From Antedon mediterranea (Eukaryota > Animalia > Echinodermata): 64,000 bases of DNA. The notes under the pieces are model-generated. The model searched no databases and had not been told where the DNA came from. It saw only the letters and a list, made by a program, of their open reading frames with translations. Within the stretch, counting starts at the first letter, position 1. Every line of letters begins with the position of its first letter. Shown here piece after piece: positions 12,668 to 25,200 of this stretch. Location: positions 22,457,237 to 22,521,236 of the forward strand of contig NC_092672.1 of assembly GCF_964355755.1 (NCBI RefSeq), in the 5' to 3' direction. The translations under genes were made by a program, and so were the position numbers.

Positions 12668-13756
12668 CGGCCGTTCCAAGGCAAAACCACGTAACTCGCA
12701 TTTTTGTCAATTTTGAGATTTTTATATTTGGGGAATTATTACAAATTTATGAACAACCTGTAAAAATTTCAGGTTTCAGAGATCATTATTTTTAGAGATA
12801 GTACCACGTATCTTTAAGCAAAAAACAAATAATTCTGGTATTTTCCAAGGCAAAACAACGTATCTACCAGATACGTTGTTCTGCCACGGAAATGCATACG
12901 ATTTTCTCTTCAAATTCACACAATCAGCTAAGTTACGTAATTTTGAGACAGAAACCGCTGATGCATGACGATATGCATAGCAACGATCTTAACTAAAAGT
13001 AAAAGATATCAAACAATACTAGGCTTATTACGCTAGACAACTAATTTTTCAACTAAAATTTATTCTAAGAATTAACTATATTTACGAAAAAGTTCAAACA
13101 AGCTCTAAACTAGGCTAGGCTATTATTTTTGACAAACCTACCTAATCTAGTCTAGTACCCCAGTACTGTCGTTGGATGTAGGCTAGGCCTAGCCTAGTAG
13201 GACGGCCGTCTTTGCATTGTTGTACTAGGCCTTGTAGTAGCAGACTAGTAGGTAGGCTATAATAAGTCTATATCATAAATAGGCCTAGTAGATGCAAATG
13301 GCTAAGCCTAGCATCAAATGCATTTTTTGTTAAGCCAACCTAGTTTCTAGCCATCATTGGATGATCCCAGCTCTCCCTGTTGTTCAAAAAGAGTTTCAAT
13401 CCATTGTTTTTAAAATCATCACAGTTACGTTGTTTTGCCATGAAATGACCACAGTTACGTTGTTTTGCCACAGAATATCGTAGTTACGTTGTTTTGCCTC
13501 AGAAATGACTTTCATTCTATGAACGTCATTTCCAAGGCAAAACAACGTATCTGTTAAAAGTGGTAATAACTTTTGATCAAATTGTTTAAATTATTTAACA
13601 TTTTGTATTTAATAATAATTATTATTTATATATACTCATGCAAAATTTCACATCATTACGATAATTTGTTGTTGAAATGCAAACACTCAAACTTCAATTC
13701 AATTTTTCTCGAAAAGCAACATTTTGTAGTTACGTTGTTTTGCCTTGGAACGGCCG
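12668..13756. mobile_element. MITE (1089 bp) with TIRs and a 4-bp TSD TACT
   Basis: TIRs CGGCCGTTCCAAGGCAAAACCACGTAACT ... AGTTACGTTGTTTTGCCTTGGAACGGCCG, with TACT on both flanks. The GGCAAAACAACGTA motif recurs internally in both orientations. Confidence 0.85.
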
Positions 13757-15001
13757 TACTATAATGGGAGGTGGTAATTAAGAGATGAGGTCTTTGGTAT
13801 TTTTAGGAATATAGAATTACAAAGTTTTACAAATTTATGAAAAATAATCACTAAATTCTGTCTAATTAGGTTTGTATCATAAAAATATTCATCATTATTT
13901 TAACATGAGGTGTATTTTTACTTTCTTTACCGGGATTAATTACAGAATGTATTATTTCTCATTTTTTATGTTACATTTAATCTGATTGAATTAATTAGTT
14001 TTGTAGCATTTTTTTCTTTGAAATTTGACAGTGCAGTAATAATGTTGCTTTACTTTTTATATCTTAAGATATCGGAATATTTATGAATTTGTTAAAGTTT
14101 ATGCTTATGTTTACTAAATCTATTTAGGTGGGGTGGTTAGATTCCTTCTTGTGCTTACATTTTTTAACGTTGTCGCTACACTTGGTAGGGCTGGTTCTGG
14201 AGATGTACCGGTATATATTTTGTTTTATGCTTCGAAGTATAATAAGTTAAATTTCCGGGACATAGCAACTCTATTTTTCAAAATGTTCTTAGCTCCACCC
14301 CAACCATGGTGGGCTGGTCATGTAGACCTATAATTTTGTTTCATATTTCAATTTTTTGTGCTAAATTATTGGTAATTTTGAACATAGTGATGACTTTGTA
14401 GTCGTGTCATCCATAGTTATTTTAGTGTTTGTTTTTTTCTTGAACTGCAAAAAGTATAAAATAATGTATCCAACATTAGTATAGTTTAGACCAATCAGTT
14501 TTAGAAAGATAAAAGCAAAATACACCTATATCTCTAATATAGTATGAATGGTCAGGAACGTCAACCTTATTTAAAGTTAATCATAATCAATTATTTTTTA
14601 AATAGGTAAATGATCAGAGATGTCTGAATTGTAATACCTGATAAATATCAAAATTGGTAGGCCTATTGGTCTGTGTAAAAATGATCAATAAGTTCTGCAT
14701 TAGTTTTTGTAATTCTCGTTGGTTTAGAAATCGTAGGGAAAAAGTACAATAGTTGATAAGATGATATAAAATAATTGTTAATTAGATTATGCTTATTAAA
14801 TTTGATTAAAACAATGTTGAATTCTCCCACAATACTACAAAATCTTCATGATCTAAATCTTGAAAACAATTAATTTATAATAACAGCAAAATGTTCTATG
14901 TTATTAGATTTGAGTTGACTTGTAAACAAAGCCAATTATAGAATTTTTTTTTGTTTTATTGATTTATAAAAAGCGAATCACATATAGTTGAATAATAATG
15001 A

Positions 15002-16618
15002 ATGAATGATAAAAGTGCAATAAAGATTTATGTAGATGATGTTAAGAAATATATGGAAAGGGTAAATGTTAGTAAAGTAAAGGGTCCGGACGGTGTATCA
15101 GGGCGTTTGATTAGATCATGTGCCTCTCAGCTTTCACCTATAATAAGCCAGCTTTTCCAGTGTTCACTGAACACGGGGCTGGTACCTGATCTATGGAAGG
15201 TCTCTGAGATTATACCTGTTCCGAAAATGTTTAACCCTAAAATCATTAACGACTTCAGACCAGTGGCATTAACATCTATTCTAATGAAGATCCTTTATAA
15301 AATTGTTAGAAGTCAACTAATGTCTGAATGTAGTGATTTTATGGATAATAACCAATTTGCATATCAATGTAATAGAGGGGTCGATGATGCTATTATAACC
15401 TTGTTAGACCTGGTGGTTTCACATTTAGATAAGAAGGGGACCTATGCTCAAGGGCTATTCATAGACTTTTCATCTGCATTTAATTTGATGCAGCCTCATA
15501 TTTTAATGAACAAAATGTCTGAATGGAAGGTTAATCCTTACCTTGCTCTATGGGTTGGTGATTTTCTTACAAATCAGCTACAGTATGTTAAAGTTGGTAA
15601 ATCTATCTCAGAGATTAGAAGGATCAACACTGGTGCACCCCAGGGGTGTTGTCTGTCACCAAGTTTATTTACAATATATACTAGTGAATGTCGATCTTCA
15701 TGTAGCATGTGTCATATAATCAAATACGCAGATGACATGGTACTGATTGGTCTATTGAAAAATGCTGACGATCATAGGTATAAGGTTGAATATGTTAAAT
15801 TAATGTCATGATGCAATGACAATTACCTTAAGCTTAATTTTAATAAAACGAAAGAAATTATATGGGATTTTAGGAAAAAGAAAAATGAAAAAAGTTATCT
15901 GATAGTTAATGAACAGAAAATTGAACGTGTTCATGAAACCAAATATCTTGGTACACATATTGATGATCAACTTAGTTTTGAAAAAAATACGGCCGAGATA
16001 ATTAATAAAGGTCACCAAAGGTTATATTTCCTAAGAAAGCTAAATAAATTTAATGTTAGCTGTGGTACTTTAAAATTATTCTATGAAACAGTTATTCAAT
16101 CAGTACTAGTTATCTCTTTTATTGCCTGGTTCGGTAATTTAAATGAAACACACAAGAAAGGTCTCATTAGAATTACTAAGATAGCATCAAATATAATTGG
16201 TTGTGTGGTTAATGATTTAAAATATCTTTATGAAAAACAGGTCCTAAGTAAATTAAGTAAAATATTAGAAGATAAGAAACCTCCATTACATATGAAATTT
16301 TTTAAGAACAAGTCAGGCCGGTTACGGGCTCCTAGAGCTGATACGTCAAGAAACCGACTGTCTTTTGTACCAAATTCAACTCATATTTTTAACTCAAAGA
16401 TTGTTAGATCATAATAGCGCACATGCAATATATATTTTAAAGTTTTACTGTTGATGGATGTTTTAATTAATGTTTTTAAATTGTAAATTTGTTCTATGTA
16501 TGATGTAATTATGAATGTTTTACCATATTTTTCTGTCGAGGAAAACAATTTTTCCATGTACAATTTAGTATACATGGAACGAATAAAGATTTGATTTGAT
16601 TTGATTTGATTTGATTTG
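15002..16618 (+). mobile_element. Rex1/Babar-type LINE, 3' half (RT) with one nonsense codon
   Basis: Motifs DFRPVALTS, DFSSAFN, GAPQGCCLSP, KYADD and QRLYFLRKL lie in one frame from 15002 to 16414, interrupted only by TGA at 15809-15811. AATAAA and an (ATTTG)n tail lie at 16582-16618. Confidence 0.88.
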
Positions 16619-19600
16619 TTCTTTTGTCAATAATAAATCTGATCATATTTTGTAACAAAAAAAAACAATAATTGTGTTCTGGAATGTTCATAACATTTTT
16701 ATTAAATACATTATGTGTATGAGAAAGATGGTGATTTGTTTAGAAGGATTTCTGAATCATAAACATTACACATTGTACATTGTACCTACCTACTGTAAAT
16801 CATTACCAACATATAGTATATGTGTAAAGATTACCATTTTTAATCATTTTCCTTCATTAAATGCTTTTTGTGGATGTTGGCAGCCGGCAGATCATCTATC
16901 ACATAAAGATTGCTGTGTCTTCATGGCCTTAGCTATTCGCATCACAATGGATCTCTACGGCCTATAAATGATAATGTGTCTTGTGCATAGATCTTTACCT
17001 TAATTTTTCCAGTTCAGTGTGCATTTTCAATCGAAATATTATTTAAGCCAAGATCAGTTTTAAATATGTCCTTTACAAGTTACATTTGATCTTTTCTTTG
17101 ATGTCACCAAATCTTAGGTTGTTAGAATGCCTTTCAACTCGTAGCAATTCAGCTTCCATGTAGCTATTGTATCCTGTTTAGATTTGATGTTTCACACATT
17201 CATAGTCAAACTATCCTTTGTAGCTTTAAATTTATCCTTAGTTTTATTTTGAAGTTCCATAACATTTCTGTTTAGCAATGCTTGTTAGCCTTGCTTTAGT
17301 GATGCTCTTTCCTTGTCAATCCTACTATTTATGTCAGCTGCTAAGCTACCCATGTCACCATTCAATGTATTCATTCAACATTTTTTTATTCATAGCATGT
17401 TCAGTAGGCTCAATTTTCTTGTATTCATAGTTCCAGATAAAGCACTATTAATGTGTTATGAATACTCAGGCTTATATATTATATTCTTAGTAAAATGTAA
17501 TGGTTTTAGACTTGCAAATTTATCAACTGTTGGGAATTAAATATTATGCAGCAAGTATGTCTCACTAAGAGATGTACATAGCCTTTTAATTTTACTGTAA
17601 ATGAGAATTTGGGTTCTACACATGACAGTATGTAATAGTGATAGATAATAACAAAAAAATAGATAATCATTTCAATTTGTAGCATTCAAAATAGAGTATG
17701 AGGGTTTGTTTATAATTTTATAATTGTATTACTCGATGGGTTGGCACCCAAAAAATGTAATTTTTGTTACTCCATCTTTGGTATTGCATTCTTTGAAAAT
17801 TACCTTCTTTTTTAATGAGCTTGTCTGAATCTTCGACTGTCCGGTGTTTTCGCTTCTCCTTCTCCTTTTTATTTAGATATATCGTTTTTTGTATTATCTT
17901 CTTTACAAATTTTTTATTATTTTTTTCTATGAGCCTAGGCGTAAAGTTTTTAAACTTATAGGTTTCCTTCTACACATAGTATGTTTTTTATTGGTTATCA
18001 CAAGTGTTTGTAAAATTATTATTTTATGTATTTTTGTGTGGAGAACATTTATTGAATATTTATTTATTGAATATTGAATAAACAAATCAAATCAAAAAAA
18101 TCATAATGTAATAGTTTTGTGTATGTATGCTATAAATGCCTTAGTAAACATGTGAACTCACATGCTGTATGAATACCATTGGGCTACTGGTTCAGATTTT
18201 GGTTTATATCTAGTAGGACTAATACAATTAATGTGCATTACTAGAGTAAGCTTAGCTAGTGGCATGTTTTGAATTTAAAATGACCATTTTGATTAACTGG
18301 CATACAGTATATACAGTAAATGAAAGTGTGAAACTATTGTTTAATAGTGAGTATGAGTGTACTATTTAAATTTGATGATTTTCTAAAAACTAAATGATGG
18401 TTACCTCACCAATAGAGTTAGCCTAGGCATCTAGGCTTATAATAGGCCTACTAGACAATATGTGAAAAGATAATTAAATAAAATACTTTTTGTCTTTTTC
18501 TATTTGGACATGGGTCAATCATGAATACATTTTTTTTCTTCTGTTACTTAGACATTTTTTCATTCATACTTCTTAAAGTATGTCACTGTAGTAAAGAATT
18601 GTCATGCAATCATGTCATGCAACATGAAAATATTGCTGTTTTAGGACATGACATCATAACTCAGGTTTTCATAGCCATAAGACTCTCCTAATTGTAACCA
18701 TGATTTGTATGGTTTCAGACTTTTACTGTTTTTAATATTGTATTGGTGTTATGTGTGTCAGTTATTTTAAACCTAAACTTTTAACTGTTTATACAACAGT
18801 GTATTTTCTTTTTTGAACATGTCGTCAAAAAACTCCCTTCTTATTTTTCTTAACCAAATTTCTTAAATTTTCTTAAAAAACTCTTACAACACTAGGGCCT
18901 CACACGCCCTTCATCTTCTTCCTTTAACTAAACTTACTTTAATTCAACACAATGTCTAATAGTGCCTCTAAATTATTGAATGCACTTCCTAATGATATCA
19001 CATGTACCCCGATCTCATAGAATCGTTTTCTGTATTTTAAGTAAAAAACTACATTTCATCAAATTACTAGTATATTTTAATCTTTTTCATCTCCTCTGCC
19101 GCATATGGCTACTAACTTCCAATAATTACCATTTATATCGTTTAGTGTCTTTATGCTTCCTGTTTATTTGTTTCTTTTTTTTGTATGTGTTTTGTTCTGT
19201 CTTTTTGTTTTATTGTACATGGCTTTCCCGCCACAAGTAACTTCTAGTTTAGCCTATTCTTTTTAGCATTAAAAAAAAAAATATATGTTTATATTTTGAA
19301 GCAGAAGTATATTTATTATTATTTAATTCTTTATTTTTTTCAAATGTTAACGTTTTATTTTAAAGAATAATAAATGTTACTTGAAATGAAATGAATTTAT
19401 AAATTATGGAACTATTAAAAAAGAAAACAAATCAAATAGTTTATTCATATCGATATTGCAAAATTATTTAACAACTCATTATAGAGTATTGAAAAACTCA
19501 TTTTATGTGTTATTATTAACTTCTTTAAATTGTATTAATCTATTAATCAATTTTTCCTGTTGTAATCTTTTGTGGTCATTTTTAAATTTTATTTTACATA

Positions 19601-22198
19601 TGTTTTATGCACACATTATGTTTATGAACAAGCTCTATTACTAAAATGATTTTATTATTATTATTATGTTATAACTTATATTATCAAGGTTTATTTATTT
19701 TTGAATGAATCCCAAAAGTTTGAGATCAGTCTTTATAGTGTAAAGCTGGGGTTAAGACAGAGCTAAAATCCTCTGGATAGGAAATAGGGTAGTATAAACT
19801 CTTGAGATGGTGAAAAATGTTTTTAATGGAATTTTCATTTCATGACCTCCCCCCCCCCCCCCCCCCCAACTATAAAAGTTTTAGATTACATCTTTCCTCT
19901 TGAGTTTATTTTGTAGTATAATTGAAGCATGGCCTCCTGAGTTCAATTTGATTATTTCAAAGTTAAAATAATATATATACTAAAAGGAAAATAATATGTG
20001 TTACTAAAGTCACATATCCGTGGCGATTGTGATGACAGCCCATACTCTATACCTGATAGTAATATAGTATATTCAGCCAGTGTGCAAAAACTTCTGGATA
20101 CTATTTAAGTTGATTATCAATGACTTAAACAATTTGGTATTCCTATAATGCTAACATCTTTTTATGTTTATATTATGTAATGCTTTTTTTGTATTACACA
20201 TTATTATACATGGATAAAAAGGTTAAAGAATAAACGAAAAAAGAAAGAAAAGGGAGAATTACATTGGATAACAACAATTCAAACAGATTATAAAGATGCA
20301 ATATTTAGAACAACAAAAAATATTGCGGATTGAATTATATCTTGTTGTGAATGAATGATTTTTGGTCTTTATTTTGAATATTATATTGATAAAGATATAC
20401 AACAATTATGAAAAAAGGAAGATTATATTTGACAACAATGATCAAATAGATTATGAAGATTGTAGATTTATGACAACTACGGTACTGTATTACATATTAC
20501 TGATCAACTTGTATCATAGAGATAATATCTCTATGCTTGTATTAATCATGTCATTGAATGAATGAACAAAAGTGCTGGTTCAAGCCACAAAAGAGAAACA
20601 AAGGACAGTGCTAGAACCCTTGTGCATTTAACATCGTGTATAAGAGAATGACAAAGTTACATAAAGTATAAAACCATGAAAGAGTATAAGAGCATGATGT
20701 CAATACAGAGAAGAGATTAGTGGCTTTCTGTAGTTTGCAACGCTCTTTTCATTATTTGGGTACGTGTGTTAATAGAGCATTGTCACACATTCCATACAAA
20801 AACAAGTCCTGATATTATTTTATGCTCACAAAACTGAATTCAGAAGAACATCAAACATATATTTCTAAATAAAACTGAAACAAAATGAATTAGTAGTTTC
20901 TATAATTATTAAATTGCTTTAAAAAAAAATATGGGATTTACACTTTACCCATCTGAATATACATACACCTTAATCTGAATACCTTATCCAACATGAATAC
21001 AGTGTTTAAACAGCGAATAATACTATGCCTTTGTAGATTCATTCCATAACATAGTTTCATTCCATTAAAACTACAATAGTAACATTGTCGTATAACCTAT
21101 TATAACCTACCACTTTTTTAAATAGAATAAACCGAATGCTGTCATCTCTTTTTAAAACTATTTAATACACAATAACATCTACCCGTCTATGATAGTGCAG
21201 CCTATCAATCACAGCTAAAGACACCCTTGTACACCTTTTTGTGTCTTATTATCCAATGCCTTCCAACACAAGGCACAAGACACAAGAAACCACCTATATT
21301 ATTCTACTTGATTTCGCTAGATCATCATATGAAAGTTTATTAATAATTTTAATATTGACAACAATTCTGATGTGTGTTCATGGTTGTGCAGAGCCATGAT
21401 AAATACAATTGTCACAGCTTGAATAAGGTGACAGTGAGAAAATTAATTGAAAACCTTTCTCAATAATATTTCTCTGCTCAAATGCTGGATTGTAATGAGT
21501 TTTTAATATTAAATGTGTCCATATAATTTATTTTTGGTCAAGTAGGTCTTTTACCACACTGATGTTTAATGTGAAATGGTTAAATGTATTCATAGTGAGA
21601 TCTGACAATGTAAATTATTTTAATTAAAATCATTTACATTAAAAACTTTCAATTTTATTTATATTTTTGTGCTGTTCTTAAAATACAATTGCAGTCTACC
21701 AAATCATGGAGCTCAAGTATAAAGCTCAATGAGACTAAAAACTTATGATATACACAGCCTATTTAATACTTAGTTGAAATGCCATTTTAGACATTTTTAA
21801 CCATTGATTCATTTAGTGCAATTTATAAAACTTCATCAAAAGTTTTACAATGGTCAGATGTGTTTTGATTATTTATATTACTTATAACATATTAATACCA
21901 AAATATATAGAAAGTTACAAAAATAGCGATGAAAAACATCATGTTTGCACAATAAACATTAAAATATGTTTATTTTTGAAAAAATAATAAATATAGGCCT
22001 AAAGAACATTTAACATTCAAAATATTCAATAATGTATATCTTCACTGTGTAAACTTTTTATTATGATCATGATTAAATTAAATAATCTAACAATATTAAA
22101 AAATATTTTTAATTATACCACATTTATTAATGGTCATGCTTCTACTGTGCATTGCTAAAGAAGTTTGTTGTATGACATATTATAATCTATTTTTTTAG

Positions 22199-22297
22199 GA
22201 TGGAAATTCACCACTCTTGGAGGCTGCAGCCAATGGTCAAACTGCATGCTGTATGACATTAGTTGATGCTGGTTCTAATGTGAACCAGCAAAACAAA
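22199..22297 (+). CDS. Roco gene exon 1 (first found): one ankyrin repeat
   Basis: 99 nt, phase 0-0, ttttag / gtaagt; DGNSPLLEAAANGQTACCMTLVDAGSNVNQQNK. Confidence 0.9.
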
Positions 22298-25200
22298 GTA
22301 AGTTGTATACACAGTATATCTAGTAATTTCATATAATTATGCATGTATTATTGCATCGTATTGTAAATATCACAGTGTATGCAGGTATTACACAATACTG
22401 TGAGGATTATACTATTTGCTGCACCTACCCCTCACCATTTTGCTCCATCACTAGGACAGAATAATCTGGATTTTTTTTTACCATATTATAATCCAAGTGG
22501 ATCAGCTACCACCATTCAATCCTGAATGTTAAATGTTCTTTAGGCTTATATTTGTTATTCTCAAATTAGTGCATTCTATTTGTGTACCACACTCTATGCA
22601 AACTTCTTATATCTGTACCTGGCTGGTGCCATGATATTATTGTAGGTATTATTGATTCCACTGTAAATTTACCAACCTATTTATTGAATCTTAAAGCAAA
22701 AAGTATATAAAACCATAGAGATATTGAGATAAAACCAAATGTTTTATCTTTTGATTCAAACAGATTTGATGTAAAATAGTTTTAAAAGCTGACAAGAAGC
22801 TTTGATATTAGCATTATAATGAATAAAATTGTAAGGTGAATCAATCATAAAGTATTATAACTGATATCCAAGTATACCATTTTTATCGTCTGCAATTTGC
22901 AAAGTATATTGAAATTTCACTAAAGAACTTTGTCCTTTAAATGAAAAGGTTTTTTCTCTCCAGATATCTTGCTAAATAAATATGCTCTTTTTGTATTCAG
23001 TAAATATAATCAATCAATATAATCCATCAAATGATAGATAAGTAATGGTAAACATTCAGTAGGTTTTGATCATATCATTTATAAATCATCCATGTTTCGT
23101 AAATGAAATTGGAGAGTTTTTACTAAAGGGTTGTATGTACAATCAAAATATAATATTCACAGTATTAGTACAGCTTGTGCACTTTGTTTTTTTTCTCACT
23201 TTTTTCAAGAATGGAGACAATGCTCTGCATATAATTGCTCGATCAAAGCTTACTTATGAAGAACACAAAAATGCCTCTGTGTTCTTCATAAAGGAAGGAC
23301 GTATGGACATTTGCAAGAAAAATAAGGTTAGTTTGTTAATATTAAGTAATGCAATGCAATTATTTTAATAATAAAGTTTAGTTCTATTCTTTTTTTTAAA
23401 GTTATATAAAATATAACAAATAGAAACAAAAAGGTTTATTATTATTATCTGTTGATATCAAGTTTGCGGTACACCATGTATATTAGTTCTGAAAAAAACT
23501 GTTGAGTTTCTCGACGTTTCGATCAATATGATTTGATCGTCCTCAGGAGAATTATCATTAAAAATATTACAGGCTATTTTCTTCTTGTCTGACCCTCGAG
23601 CAGTCTATTGCCCATCCACGTCCTCACATGTTCCTGTATATTTGTTTGATGGAATTAATTACAGAAATATTAAAATTAATATCGTATATATTTATAGTGA
23701 TTAACATTTCTTTTTTATTTTCCATTACAGTATTCACATTGTACTGTTAAATTGTAAATCTAAATTGAATGGTTTAAACAGCAGGCTTCCATTATTTTTA
23801 CTTTTAGTCTCATATTTTACTGTATACTGAAGTATATGTTATATAATTAAATACATATAATTATAATATAAATATTGAAACTACATTAAGTATTTATTCT
23901 ATTTTTCTTTAAATTATAGTTGTTGACATATCATTTGATGTTAAATTTATCTTCTCAGTTGCTCATCATTAACATTTATTTCAGTTGCAGGTTATTACTT
24001 TTGGACTATTAGTAAGCTACATGATTTAGACCAAAATTATTTATTTTGTTCAAATTCTTTCAGAGCATCTATATATAAATTATGGTTAATTCTGACATAG
24101 GCGAGCACAATGCAAAAACTTCGGTACAAATCTCCGCCTTGGATACCTACCTTAACTACTGTATCTCAAATGTACCACGAAACGTAGATTTGATAACATT
24201 AGTTTTCAATTCGACGCTATTGTTCCATATTTCTATCTTAGGAAGATATTTTAAAGAGTTTTTTAACAACATTTATGATTTCAACAGTAGATTTTCAACT
24301 CAATTTCAATTCTTCGCGGTCAAGTAATTTCCGGGTTTACGATGAGTTCACCTTGCAGCAACATGGTTTCAACTATTTTCTCTCTTTTATACACAAGGGA
24401 GCAGTTAAAATAATAGATTTGACACTAAAGGTGACTGGAAACAGGCACTTTCCATCAATCAATACAGTGTCCCTTTGGAAGACCGAAGAAAAAAAAACAG
24501 ATAGTAGGACTGGAGCTTAAGTTGGCCATTAGTCATAGCCATTTTAGTTTTTTGTTTATTTTAGGAACGGACCGCGCGTGTGAAAGGTACAGTAGTTAAA
24601 AAATAAAAATTATACTGCAAATTAATAAAGATCAAATTAAATATACGCCATAAAGAATTGGAATATATTGTGGGGAATAGTATTATAAAATTACATAGGT
24701 AGATTTGATGATAAGACATTAATCGAGTGAAATCCCGATAGCTGAGTTTTATTAAGTAAGCTGGCAGAAATAACTGTAGGCTATCCGTGTCCTGTTTGGA
24801 CCGATATGTCTGCCCATGTTGCAAGCCGTAATGTCTTCTTTCTTGGGCCGAAACGGCCCACTCTGTCACGGCAGTTAGATGTTTAAATTAAATAATGTAT
24901 AATATTTATTAGGATGACATCACTTTGAATAATAATCCCCCAACCCCCAACCCAACTATCTAATAAACGTCCATCCCATCCACATTTATAATAACAATTA
25001 TACTATTTGTAGTAGAATTCATCGCACTGTTATCTACAATTTACCAAGCATTTGTTATTCTTTTTTACCACTTTTCATATCTATTAGAGGATTTCATTTG
25101 ATTATAAATGTTACCATATTATTAAAACTAAACAATTTAACATATATCCCTCGAATAAGCACCTCCCTCAAATGAACTCCGCCTCCACACCTCCGCCCTA

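Noticed and set aside
16850-17540. Possible old coding or transposon remnant
   Set aside because: The composition looks coding-like, but I found no sustained frame or recognisable motif.
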